From: Mobula birostris
Lineage: Eukaryota
Reading direction: 5' to 3'
DNA length: 64,000 nt
NCBI RefSeq assembly: GCF_030028105.1
Contig: NC_092377.1
Location: 5,027,079 to 5,091,078 of the forward strand
This document shows, one piece after another, positions 1-12,500 of the stretch (position 1 is its first letter; each line of letters begins with the position of its first letter). The translations under genes and the position numbers were made by a program. Below the pieces are notes generated by a model. The model was not told where the DNA came from. It was given only the letters and a program-made list of their open reading frames with translations, and made no database searches.

Positions 1-570
1 GATCGATCATGCTTTGGGCTTGTGTTGCAGCCAGTGGCACAGGGAACATTTACTGGTAGAGGGAAGAATGAATTCTATTAATTTTCAGCAAATTCTGGAA
101 GCAAATATCACACCGTCTGTAAAAAAGCCAAAGATGAAAAGAGGATGGCTTCTACAACAAGATAATCATCCTAAACACACCTCAAAATCCACAATAGACT
201 ACCTCAAGAGGCGCAAGCTGAAGGTTTTTCCATGGCCCTCACAGTCCCCTGAACTAAACATCATCGAAAATCTGTGGATAGACCACAAAAAGAGCAGTGC
301 ATGCAAGACGGCCCAAGAATCTCACAGAACAAGAAACCTTTTGCAAGGAAGAATGGGCGAAAATCCCCCAAACAAGAATTGAAAGACTCTTAGCTGGCCA
401 CAGAAAGAGTTTACAAGCTGTGATACTTGCCAAAGGGGGTATTACTAAGTACTGACTATGCAGGGTGCCCTAACTTTAGCTTCGGGCCCTTTTCCTTTTT
501 TGTTATTTTGAAACTGTAAAAGATGGAAATAAAGAAGCTTTCTTGCTTAAGCTATTAAAGAAATGTGTCA
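1..570 (+). mobile_element. Tc1/mariner transposon, 3' part
   Basis: ORF 14-382 has LQQDNHPKHTSK and WPSQSPELNIIENLW (DD34E region). It is followed by inverted-repeat sequence matching the element at 23326-27088. Confidence 0.9.
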
Positions 571-1764
571 AGTGTCTTTTAAAAGTTGTCATTGTACCTG
601 TCTCAACCACTTTGTCTGGCAGCTCTTTCCACATAGATACCATCATATTTTGTAAGGAAGTTGCAACACAAATTTTAATCAAATCTCTCCTCCCTGCCAG
701 TTCATAATTGCACAATTCTGGGAAAAAGACTGAGTGACTGAGGCTTTATAAGGCTTTGGCCAGACCACACTTGGAGCATTGCAAGCAGTTCTGGGTCCCT
801 CATCTTAGAAAGGATGTGTTGGAATTGGAAGGGTCCGGAGGAGATTCACAAGAATGATTCCGGGAGTGCTTGATGGCTGTGGGTCTATAGCCACTGGAGT
901 TCAGAAGAATGAGCAGGGATCTCATTGAAACTTATCGAATATTGAAAGGCCGAGATACAGTCGGCGTGGAGAGGATGTTTCCAATAATGTGCGAGTATTG
1001 GAGGAGAGAGCACAGCCTTAGAATAGTTTTATCCCTTTAGAACAAAAATGACAAGAAGTTTCTTCAGCCAATGAATGGCAAAACTGTGGAATTCATTGGC
1101 ATAGACGGTTGTGACTCTAAGCCATTGGGTATATTTATAGTGGAGGTTGATAAGTTTTGATTAGTTTGGATGTTAAACATTACACAGAGAAGGGAGAAGA
1201 ATAGGGCTGAATGGGATTGTAAATCAGTCGTAATGAAAAAGCATATCTGACTCAATAGGCCAAGTGGCCCAATTCTGCTCCTGTGGTTTTCTGTACCTAC
1301 CCGATCCATGCTTCTCTTTCAGATCACTCTTCAGTTTCCTGCGATTTAATGAATAATGTCCAACTTCTCTCTATACCTCAGTCCCTCAAGTATTGTCAGC
1401 CGTCTCCCATGGTTCCAATGTGACAAAAATGCCTGAAGAATGTGCTCCCAGATTTTGGTGAGAGCAGAGCTCAGGAGATTAATCTTAATTTCCCCAAGAA
1501 TTCTGCAACATCCAGACTTTGTTACACTGCTCAAAAAGTTGCAGGTTCTTGCTACTGTCTCTCTCACTCATTTCTAGGTGTATGGCACACTTTGCACTGA
1601 ATATCTAGTAGATCTGGAATTTCTAGACCTGATCCTGGAGAAGTTCAAAGTTCAAAGTTCGAAGTTCTCCGTTCAGATGGAGAGTAGCAGATATCCCAAA
1701 ACTGCTGCACATTCCATTTTCCCAATTTCACCTGATTTTTCCCCATTCTCCTCCACCACTGCAT

Positions 1765-1894
1765 GTCAAAGAAGATTGGAAGTACGTTGCCATGGTGATT
1801 GACCGGATCTTTCTCATCACTGCTTGCCTGTTGTTAGCCATTGGACTCTTCCTGTGGACTCTTCCTGCCCCCATGGCTGGCTGGAATTATCTGA
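1765..1894 (+). pseudogene. CHRNA2/CHRNA4: Decayed last exon (M4 helix and C-terminus) of a neuronal nicotinic acetylcholine receptor alpha subunit
   Basis: Reads VKEDWKYVAMVIDRIFL...GLFL and, in the next frame, LFLPPWLAGII-TGA, matching the CHRNA4/CHRNA2 C-terminus. Lesions: acceptor tgcat rather than tgcag, apparent loss of 3 codons after IFL, and a 13-nt tandem duplication (1842-1854/1855-1867) causing a frameshift. Confidence 0.88.
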
Positions 1895-2057
1895 AGGTGG
1901 GAGGACAGTGGAGCCAGGATCACACACTCCAACTGACCCTGACTACCGTGACCCAGTTCTCCGAGGCAGGGGTACCTGTGCTCCCACGCACTGAACACCA
2001 GGATCACTCTCTACACCCAGCTGTTACCAATGCTGAATTTTAATGAAAATAGATATT

Positions 2058-2063
2058 AATAAA
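2058..2063 (+). terminator. Polyadenylation signal of the CHRNA-like last exon
   Basis: AATAAA about 165 nt after the TGA at 1892-1894. Confidence 0.5.
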
Positions 2064-2149
2064 AATATTTTTTAATATTTTGGATTTGTGGTGGCTCGGT
2101 AAAATTTTCATCATTGGGTTGATGTTTCTTCAATGAAATGGAATATTCC

Positions 2150-4410
2150 AGAAGATATTTGCATCTATTGGTCTTCATTAGTCCAAGGATTGAGTTCAAA
2201 GTTGCAAGATGATATGGCAGCTCTATAAAACTCTGGTTGGACCACACTTGGAGTATCGTGTTCAGTTGGTCACACCATTACAGGAAGGTTGTGGAAGCTT
2301 TCGAGAGGAGCAGAGGAGGTTTACCAGGATGCTGCCTAGATTAGAGAGAATGTCTTATAAGGATAGGTTGAGTGAACCTGGGCTTTTCCCTCTGGAGAGA
2401 AGGAGGATGAGAGGTGTCTTGATAGAGGAGTACAAGGTGATAGGTCATATATCCGGTAGATGACCAGAGACTTCTTCCCAGGGTGAAAATGGCTAATACA
2501 AGGGGCATAATTTCGGGTTGATTGGTGGAATGTATTGAGGGGTGGTGTGTCAGAGGTAGGTTTTTACTCAGGGAGTGGTAGGTGTGTGTAACACTTTGCC
2601 GGGGTGGTGGTAGAGGCAGAAACACTAGGGACCTTTAAGAGGCATATATATGATAGAACAATGGAGGGTAATGTGAGAGAAAAGGTTCAGACTGATCTTT
2701 ATGTATTTAGAGATACAGAGTGGCTTTCTGTTGCCATCCCCCTCAACAACAGGTTATCACTCTGCCTGCTGTTGGAGGGAGCGACGCAGCAGAGGAAAAT
2801 CACACTGCGTCTGGCTCTGTGACTCAAAAGAGAAGTGATGAGAAGAGACAAGCTGTGGCAAGAGGACAATGGGAAGGAGGTTCCGTGGGTGAGAATGAGA
2901 TTCCTGGATGATATGTTTCCTCCTGGGTACCAGGGTCCAGCACACCTTGGATTGAGTCCTCAGCATTCTGGGCGAACGGTCAGAGGTCATGGGTGAGAAT
3001 GAGATTCCCGGATGATATGTTTCCTCCCGGGTACCAGGGTCCAGCACACCTCGGATTGAGTCCTCAGCATTCTGAGGTGGCAGGGCGAATGGTCAGAGGT
3101 CATGGTCCATATAGATATCAATGAGATGGGAAGGACGAGAGATGAGCTTCTGCGAAGGGAGTTCAGGGAGTTAGGTGCGAAGTTACAGGGCAGGGCCACC
3201 CCGGCTGTGATCTCAGGATTGTTACCTGTGCTGAGTGCAAGTGGGCCAGAACTAGGAAGATTATACAGTTTAACATGTGGCCAAGGAGTTGATGTAGGAG
3301 AGAGGGTATAACATTTTTGGATCACTGGGTTCTCCTGCAGGGAAGCGGGGTCCTGTACAGTAGAGACGATTGCACCTGAATTGAACGGGACCAATAGCCT
3401 AGCGGGAAGGTTTGCCAATGCTGCTCGGTGAGGTTTAGCTAGAATTGCATGGGTAACCAGACGGCCGGAAGGGTTAGTGGAGAGTTTGTGGAGACAGATA
3501 TAAGGAAGGCCTCAGTCAAAGTCAGGAATCAAAAGATTTAGCATGGTGAGACTAGTGTCCTGAGCTGCGTTTATTTCGAAGTGAGAAGTATTGTATGGAA
3601 GGTCGATCATGGATGAACACCTGGAATTATGACATTGTAGCCATTAGTGAGACTTGGTTGCAGGAGGGGCAGGACTGGCAGTTCAATATTCTGGGGCTCC
3701 GTAGTTTTAAACGTGACAGAATGGGAGGGACTGAAGGACGGTGGCGTTACTAGCCAGGGAAAACGTTTCAGCAGTGCACAGTCAGGACAGATGGGAGAGC
3801 TCATTTAGTGAGGCATTATGGCTGGAACTGAGAAATAAAAGAGCTATGACGTTATTAATGGGGCTATATTATAGACCACCCAACAGTCAGAGGGATTTAC
3901 AGGAACAAATTTGTAGAGTTTGCAGACTGTTTCAAAAAACATAACTTTGTTATAGTAGGTGATTTTAACATTCCTCATATTGGGACTCCCATGCTGTAAA
4001 AGGATCAGATGCTGTAGAGTTTGTCAAGTGTGTTCAGGAAAGTTTCCTGAATCAGCACGTAGGGTGGAGGGAAAGAGCCAGGGGTTGTGATGCATATTGA
4101 TTCAATGACGGGCAGAAAAAGGGAAGAGATCCAACACAGTGAGTATACAGAGCTGGGAAAGAGGCTGAAGACAAGGACCTCCGAGGTTGTAATCTCTGGA
4201 TTACTCCCTGTGCCACGGGCTAGTGCGGGTAGGAATGGGTGGTAGCACAGATGATCGAGTGGCTGCGGAGATGGTGCGGGGGACAGAGTTTCAAATTTTT
4301 GGATCATTGGAATCTTTTCTGGGGAAGGGGTGACCTGTACAAAAGGGATGGGTTTCACCTGAGCTGTAGGGGAACAAATATCCTGGCTGCGAAGTTTGCT
4401 AATGCTACCC
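2150..4410 (+). mobile_element. Cluster of degraded CR1 LINE fragments (RT 3' end, ORF1 esterase, endonuclease)
   Basis: LYKTLVGPHLEYRVQ and [10 protein letters not shown] motifs; ORF1 motif VVHIDINEMGR; an approximately 105-bp tandem duplication at about 2887-3104. Confidence 0.8.
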
Positions 4411-4937
4411 TGGAGAGTCGTACAGTCCGTTCAAAAGCTCAACTCCAGCAGGGGAGTGACTGTCTATTGTTTGTCGTAATCGCTTACCAGAAAAAGTGTG
4501 ATTTATAAAGTATTTTGTTGCATTTTTTTTGTTTTATTTGCCACCAGCGAGTCATCACTGAGCTGCACCAGCGCCATCTTAAACCAGAAAATAAACCTTG
4601 AATAAACTTTTGCATCTGTATTTAGACAAGAGCCGGACGCAGCCTCTATAGAAGTGAGGCAAAGCAGCATCAACTTCATAGACTCTTACAGATTACAGAG
4701 GAGATGGTGTTTCCTAGCCTGAGCCGAAAAGCTGGTAATTTCTGGTTTATTACCTGAGCCACATGCAAATTGGCACAGAGTGAAGAAGATTAGAGAGTTA
4801 AATGCGTGACTTTAGGATTGGTGTAGGAAAGTGGGTTTGAATTCATGGAGAACTGGCACCAGTACTGGGGAAGGAGGGAGCTGTTCCATTGGGACGGGCT
4901 CCACCTGAACCATAAAACAGTGAAAACCTGCAGATGC

Positions 4938-5354
4938 TGTCACCCGGTTCAGACAGGGCCCAAGTGCGGAGTGAGAGACACTGAAGCAGGTCAATAGTTC
5001 ACAGACTTTATTGCGAACAGTGTTAAAGGGAAAGAAAACAGTCAACACTAGGCCAAACAGAGCCATTAACTAAAACGCTCAAATCGAAAACGAAGTCTAC
5101 ACTGTGGCTGAAAAGAACAACTAAGAGTTAAACGAATATCGCTGGTCTTCAGAGACAGTTGACTCGATGGTCCAATTTCTCAGGCAAGGTGGAATGCAGA
5201 TAACGAAGCGTAACTATGTTCAAATCTCGACAAAAACTGCGACGGAATGAATGGAGTTAAATACTATCACAATGAAATGATAACAAGCTGACACGTGCGT
5301 ATTGACGAGCGCAATTGCTGAATCTGCTGCGCTGCCGAATCCGTGGTTGTGACA
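4938..5354 (-). mobile_element. Solo LTR
   Basis: TGTCA...TGACA termini with a perfect 5-bp target-site duplication GATGC (4933-4937, 5355-5359). Orientation inferred from tttatt near 5006. Confidence 0.85.
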
Positions 5355-5504
5355 GATGCTGGAAATCCGAGCCCGAAACATTGACTGTGTTTTTATCCAC
5401 AGATGCTGCCTGGCCTGCTGAGTTCCTCCACCTGAACCGTGATGGGACCTGGATCTGGTGAATTGCATATCTCGGGTTTGTTAGAAGTTTGTTTGTTTAT
5501 TTAC

Positions 5505-5768
5505 GGATAGAGTGTGGAGTCGGCCCTTCCGGCCCATTGACCCGTGTAGACCAGCAACCACCAACAGACCTGATGTAACCCGAACCCAATCACCAATTAA
5601 CCTCTCTGATACATCTTTAGACTGTGGGAGGAAACCGAGGCACCCAGGGAAAACCCACACATTCCACAGGGTGGACGTACAAAATCCTCAGAGAGGATGC
5701 CGGGATTGAACTCTGAACTCCGACGTCACGAGCCGAAATAGCATCGCGCTGACCGCTACCCAACCGTG
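5505..5768 (-). mobile_element. tRNA-derived SINE (V-SINE/HE1-like)
   Basis: Core tgtgggaggaaaccgaggcacccagggaaaacccac, with a tRNA-like head (B-box-like gagttcaatccc) on the minus strand. Confidence 0.7.
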
Positions 5769-6513
5769 GTGCCCAAATATATTAATGTATATAATATTAT
5801 GTGGGGCACAGATAGATACCAGTGTCTTTTCTCCACCGGTGAAATGTCTCGTCCCAGAGGACAGGCATTGAAAGTGAGAGAGGGTAATTTCAAAGGAGAT
5901 ATGAGGGGCAAGTTTCTGAAACAGAGAGGGGGAGAGTCTGGAATTCACTGCCGGGGTGGCGCTGCAGACAAATGTGACAGAGACGTTCAAGAGGTCCTTG
6001 GATAGACACATGAATTGGCAGGAAGTGGAGGGATATGGACATTGAGTGGGCAGAAATGATTAGTTTCACTGGGCATTTGATTGTGAATTTTAATTATTTC
6101 GACACATCACGTCCAAAGGGTCTGTTCCAGTGCAGTATTGTTCTGTGTCCGATGTTCGAAATGACATTGAAGGGAACGGAGGGATATGGATGATACACAG
6201 GAGGAGGACATTTAGTACAAATTGTCACCAAGATCAGCACAGCTTTGTGGGCGGAATGGCCAGTCCAGTGCTGTACTGTTCTATGTTCTAATAACTGGGC
6301 TCTGATCGCATTTCACCCCCTCAATCTCAACCTCCCACCCGGGTCAGTTTCCCCTGATAGAAACATCCCAAATGTTGCCTCTGGTAAAATTCTTGTCTTG
6401 CACATCAAATGAGTAGAATGTCTGGGCCTTAAACTCTTCCATGTCTGATGAGTGTGTCTGTGCAGAAATCCATCCGGGGTTCCTCCCCCAGCCGAGGTCA
6501 TACCCGCTGTGGC

Positions 6514-6542
6514 TCAGCTGCGAGACGGTGGTTTATTGTCAG
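6514..6542 (-). CDS. Probable terminal coding exon
   Basis: Strong acceptor ctcattttttttgtttcag; phase 1 gives (A)[12 protein letters not shown] weaker alternative acceptor exists at 8980. Confidence 0.6.
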
Positions 6543-9500
6543 CTGAAACAAAAAAATGAGTTGTGTGAGGTGAGCCGGTGAAGAATGGGAGAGTTAAACT
6601 ATGTGGCAGGCACTGTCTGAGTGGTTTTCCCGAGTCTCTGACTATCAGAGTTTTGGGACTCAGGAATAAGTCACCTCTGCTGGCCCTGAGAATGGACCTG
6701 TGGCCAGGGATAATGATATGGACAACATGGATGTTTCTCACTACCATGCCAGGCTACTGCTGGATGCAGGGTGCTGATGGGGGACTCTATCAGCAACACA
6801 ATGCTGCTGTCCTGATGCTGGACTCATATCAGGGGCCCTGAACAGACTATGCAAAGTGGATGTGGAGAAAAGACCACTCAGTCCCTCTAATCCGTTCTGT
6901 CACTTGATCAGATACTGGCCGATGTGTTTCAGCTCTGACCAACCTTCACAGTACAAAACCAGCAAATTCCAGCCGGTTCCAACCGAGAATTCCCACCTGT
7001 GTTGGAGAGGGTTGCATATCTCCTTGGCAACACCAGTGTTTCCAGAGCAGCTGGGCTATGGTGATATTGTACAGTTGCCCCATGTTCTAGATTCCCCACG
7101 AGAACAAATGGTTTCTCTACATCCATCAGAATGGACTCCATTAATATTGGCAGCTCCTCTCGTATCACGTTCTGGTGTGGTATCTCCAGTGTACAGGAAC
7201 ACAAGGGAATCAGGCAGATCACACCTAGTTGTACCACATTCTGGTGTGGGATCTCCAGTGTACAGGAACACAAGGGAATCAGTGATATCACACCTAGTTG
7301 TACCATGTTCTGGTGTGGATCTCCAGTGTACAGGAACACACGGGGATAGTGTGATCACACCTAGTTGTACCATGTTCAGGTGTGGGAGCTCCAGTGTTCA
7401 GGAACACAAGAGGCCACAGAGAGTCCAGGACTGAACCAGTTCCATCATGAGTACAACTCTTCCCACCATTGAGAACATCCACAAGGGATGATGTCTCAGG
7501 AAGGTGCCATCCATCAGAGAACCCCACCATCCGGGCCGTATCAGCTACTTAATGCCGTCTTCAGGCAGCAGGTACAGGAGCCTGAAGTTACACACATCGA
7601 GGTGCAACAGCAGCTTATTCCCCACTGCCTTCGGGGTCTTGAACACACCTGGTTGTGGTTCCTCTCTATGCCTTGTGGGCACCTAGCCATTTTGTTAAAA
7701 TATATCTGTTTTCATGAGGTTGAGTTGACAGCTAATGGCATGCTGGCCTTCATAACAAGGGGAATTGAGTATAGGAGCAAAGAGGTCCTTCTGCAGCTGT
7801 ACAGGGCCCTGGTGAGAACACACCTGGAGTATTGTGTGCAGTTTTGGTCTCCAAATTTGAGGAAGGACATTCTTGCTATTGAGGGAGTGCAGCGTAGGTT
7901 CACAAGGTTAATTCCCGGGATGGCGGGATTGTCATATATTGAAAGATTGGAGTGACAGGGCTTGTGTACTCTGGAATTTAGAAGGCTGAGAGGGGATCTT
8001 ATTGAAACATATAAGATTATTAAGGGATTGGACACGCTGGAGGCAGGAAACATGTTCCCGCTGATGGGTGAGTCCAGAACCAGAGGCCACAGTTTAAGAA
8101 TAAGGGGTAGGCCATTTAGAATGGAATTGAGGAAAAACTTTTTCACCCAGAAAGTGGTGGATATGTGGAATGCTCTGCCCCAGAAGGCTGTGGAGGCCAA
8201 GTCTCTGGATGCTTTCAAGAAAGAGATGGATAGAGCTCTTAAAGATAGCGGAATCAAAGGTTATGGGGATAAGGCAGGAACTGGATACTGATTGTGGATG
8301 ATCAGCTATGATCACAGTGAATGGCGGTGCTGGCTCAAAGGGCTGAATGGCCTGCTCCTGCATCTATTGTCTGTTGTCTATTGTCCACTTATTACAGACA
8401 GGAAGTGTGCCAGGTACCGGACAGGTTCAAACCTGGGACCGGATTGAAGTCCGGTGCTGTCGCCATGACACCATAGACTGGCTTGAAGAAACTTGAACAT
8501 GAAAATGAACTCTTCTAAACTGAGAGCACCGCAATCCAATTCTGCAAATGGCCGGGAACGTTGAACACTGCCTCATCTTGCCAGTAGATCTGGTTCAGAT
8601 GACACTGTGAGCTTGCTCAGGGATGGATGTCCTTTCCCTAACGTAATTCCCTGAGGAATTACTGATGGGTCCAGAAGAGGACGGGGTATGTGAGTGGGAA
8701 TTTTGCCTTGGGCATCACCTTCCAAATTCCAGCAACTCATGTAACAGATCCTGCTGGAAAAATCAGGGACAACACTTGCTCAGCCTTGAAACCAATGGAG
8801 GTGATGAACAGCACTGGGTCTTTTAGACACTCAGCTTTACCAGGACTGTGAGGATGTCTGTGCATGGCTGAGTGACCTGATTCAGTAAAAGGTGTGAATT
8901 CACACCCTGGTCCAATTGGTGATCAGACTGAGCTGCCGCTGATCCATCACCACACGGGGCTCATTGCTCACTGGCTGTTCCTGTATAAAGACTTCTCCAG
9001 TCTCACCACTTCCACAGCAGTTGATATGGTTTAGCCGGCCTGTCCAAAGATGTTGTAACATACCTTGGAGATGACCGTAGATGGACTGAGCGGGATGTTG
9101 CAGAGCCTAGTACAGAACACAGAAATGGTGTGAACAACAGCTTGACAGCTCGTGCTGTGCCTAAAGCTTCAATGTTCCAGAGGTGACCTTCCTTACCATG
9201 TAGGTGTTGTTTGAATCGACCTGGTGACCTCTTGAACCCTACAAGAGAACACAACTGAATCATTACAAACAAGAGAAAAATCTGAAGATACTGGAAATCC
9301 AAGTAACAGACACAAAATGCTGGAGGAACTCAGCAGACCAGGCAGCATCTATGTAAAAAAATACAGTTGACATTTCGGGCTGAGATCCTTCATCAGGCCT
9401 GGAGAAAAAAAGATGAGGAGTGGTAGGGGGTGGGGGAGAGGATGAAGACACACTGGGTGACAGAAGAAACTAGGAGGGGTGGTGGGGCGAAAGAGCTACA

Positions 9501-12500
9501 GGTCTGGAGAAGGGGGAATCTGATAGGAAAGGACATTCCCATTCCGACTTGTTAGTCCGAAGTTTCCTCCACTGTCACGATGAGACCACACTCAGGTTGA
9601 AGGATCAACACCTTATATTCCAGTTGGGTAGCCTCCAACCTGGTGGCATGAACATTGATTTCTTGAACTTACTGCAAGGCCCCACTCATTCACCATTCCC
9701 CATTCCTATTTCCCATGTTACCTCCTTACCTGCCCATCACCTCCCTCTGGTGATCCTCCCATGTTCCTTTCTTCCATTGCCTTCTGTCTTCTCGTTTTTC
9801 ATTCCAATCCCCATTCCAATTCCAACATGTTGATCCATGGCCGTCTTTACTACAATGATGAGGCTACTCTCAGGTTGAAGGAGAAACACCTCATATTCCA
9901 TCTGGGCAGACTCCAAACTGATAGCTAGAACAGTGATTTCTCTATATTCCAGTAAATTCTCACATCCCCCTTTCCTTTTCCTCCATTCCCCACTCTGGCT
10001 CTCTTCTTACCTCCTTATTTGACTATCACCTTTTCCTGTGTGTCTTCAGTTTTTAGCTTTTCCACTGACACCACTCAGCTACTCACTGCATCCTCCTCCC
10101 CCACTCACTTGTCTTCACCTATCACCTTCTAGCTTATGCCCCCTCTCCTCCCCATATCTTCCCATTCTGCTTTCTTCCCCCTTTCAAGGCCTGATGAAGG
10201 GCCTCAGCCTGAAGCTCCTACCTTTCCATAGATACTGCCTGACCTGCAGAGCTTCTCCAGCATTTCATGTGTTGCTCGGGATTAGTTTCATGTAGCATTC
10301 AGGTTGGCACAGCCATGATGGGCAGAAGGACCTGTTCCTGTGCTGTACTGCTGTATGGTCTGTGGTCAATATCCAGGAACAGTTACACCACATACAGTTG
10401 CAAATCATTCAGACATTGCAGAAATATTCAATGAACCACAATGTCACTGGGGAATATCCCTGATGTAAGAAGCCAAGAACATACCAGAGCGATCCCCACA
10501 CAATTCTACTTATCTGAGAAAAGCATCAGAACTCACCGGGACAGCCCTGGCCACGGAAACATTTTCATAATCTGCCCCTGGGTTCTGGTGATCAGTGGCT
10601 GTGGCTGGGTCTGTGAAATAGAGTATAAAGTGTCAGTAACACCCATCTCCGAGCTGTGAGTCCCACATTGCTGTCACAACACGACGACGGGCTCTTTCAC
10701 AATCAGTCCCTGACCTTCACATTTTAATAACCTCACACAACAATCGGATCAGAATGAACCATTTAGTCACACGTACGGGACGGGTGGTTTCTAAACGCTC
10801 TGCGTCTGATGAGGAAAATGCCTCCAGTGACAGCAAGAACTCCCAGCACGACAGCCAGAATGAGCCAGGCCAGGTACGATGGGGCTCGGCACATCTCTGT
10901 TTGAGGAATGGAAAGGAAATCACATCAGTGGGTAAACATCTAGGAAGCTCACTGTCAGTGTAGAAGGAATCCATTCGGCCCATCCTCCTGTGCCAGCTCT
11001 TTGAAAAGGGTGCTCACTGATCCCAGTCCCCTCATTCCCCAGAGTCCTGTGAAAAGTTCTTTCCAAGTATTTACCCAATCCCTGAAGGAATGATGCTGTT
11101 CCACCTGCTGTACCAACTGACTCCACTATCCTCGTCACCTCCTCAGAAACGCAATTAAGCAGATGAGACATGACTTTCGCCACACAACGTCGTGCTTACT
11201 ATATCTAATAAATCCATTCAGGAAGACACTGCTGAATAAATAGAAGCAACACTCACAACACGCTGGAGGAACTCAGCAGGTCGGGCAGCATCTGTGGAAA
11301 CGATGAGTCAACGTTTCAGGCCGGAACCCTTCGTCAGGACTGTAGAGGGAAGAGGCAGGGGCCCTATAAAGAAGGTAGGGGGAGGGTGGGAAGGACAAGG
11401 CTGGTAGGTTCCAGGTGAAAAACCGGTAAGGGGAAAGATAAAGGGGTGGGGATAGGCAGGAAATGTGAAGGATGCTTCCACGGTTGCTGCTTGACCTGCT
11501 GAGTTCCTCCAGCGTGTTGTGAGAGTCGCTTTAACCTCAGCATCTGCAGATTATTTTGTGAATAAATAGAACTTGTACTCATTGGTTACGATGAGCTGGG
11601 TGCCGTTCCCGTTGATGTCTCCCCACACGCTGCAGTAATAGACGGCAGAATCACTGTGCACCACGTCTGTGAGCACCAGGGTGAAGCTGCTGTTGGACGT
11701 GTCTCTGTAGAGCAGAAACCTCCGAGTGAAACCCCGTTCCCACTCTGATCTGCCTCCTGCCCAGTGTGTTAAAACCCACTCCATGTCCTGCCCAGGTGGT
11801 TTCCGATACCAGTGGACATCGGTGTCTTCCAGACTGACTTTGCTCATGGTACACCATAACCACGCCGTGTGACCCTCAGTGACACGCTGTATGCTCGGGG
11901 ACTGGATAAGGACAGGAACGTCTGCACCTGTAAGGGAGAATATCGTCACTTCAACCCCAGCTTGAGGAGTGGTTGGACGGAGTTGCTGTGTGGGGAACGT
12001 GGTCTTGAACAGTGTTACTGAGACACAGAGGTGGAGAGAACAAGCCCTGTCTACAGAATTCCTCTGAAAGCCTGAATCTCCACTGTGTGTGATAAATGTT
12101 TTGTGTGTGCACTGTGGTCTGGAGGAACGTTGTGTTGTGTGGTTGTATGCAGTACATGTTTACAGTCAAATCACAATAAACTTAAACTTGAACTTAAACT
12201 AAAGCAAAGGTGCTTACGGCACTGGAAGGTATGAAAGTAGATAAGTCACCTGGACTAGATGGTCAATGCCCGAGGGTTCTGAAAGTGGTGGCTGAAGAGA
12301 TTGCAGAGGAATTATTAATGATCTTTCAGGATTCATTCGATTGTGAAATGGTTCTGGAAGACTGTAAAATTGTAAATGTCACTCCATTTATTCCCACTCT
12401 TTGCCTCCTGCCAATCAGTCAATTCTTACTCCATGCTAGTATCTTCTCTGTCATATCATGGCTCTTATCTTGTTAAACAGCCTCATGTGGACCTTGTCAA

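Noticed and set aside
1792-2043. 83-aa ORF read as a secreted or TM protein
   Set aside because: Its N-terminus is the CHRNA M4 helix; the rest is frameshifted read-through into the 3' UTR caused by the 13-nt duplication.
6856-7434. 192-aa ORF and overlapping antisense ORFs
   Set aside because: Explained by the 69-bp tandem repeat; no recognisable domain.
11651-11657. CACAGTG heptamer inside V1 and V3 (VVHSD codons), plus heptamers near 12081, 12110, 12870 and 33731
   Set aside because: No nonamer at 12- or 23-nt spacing was found, so there is no support for RAG recombination signals.
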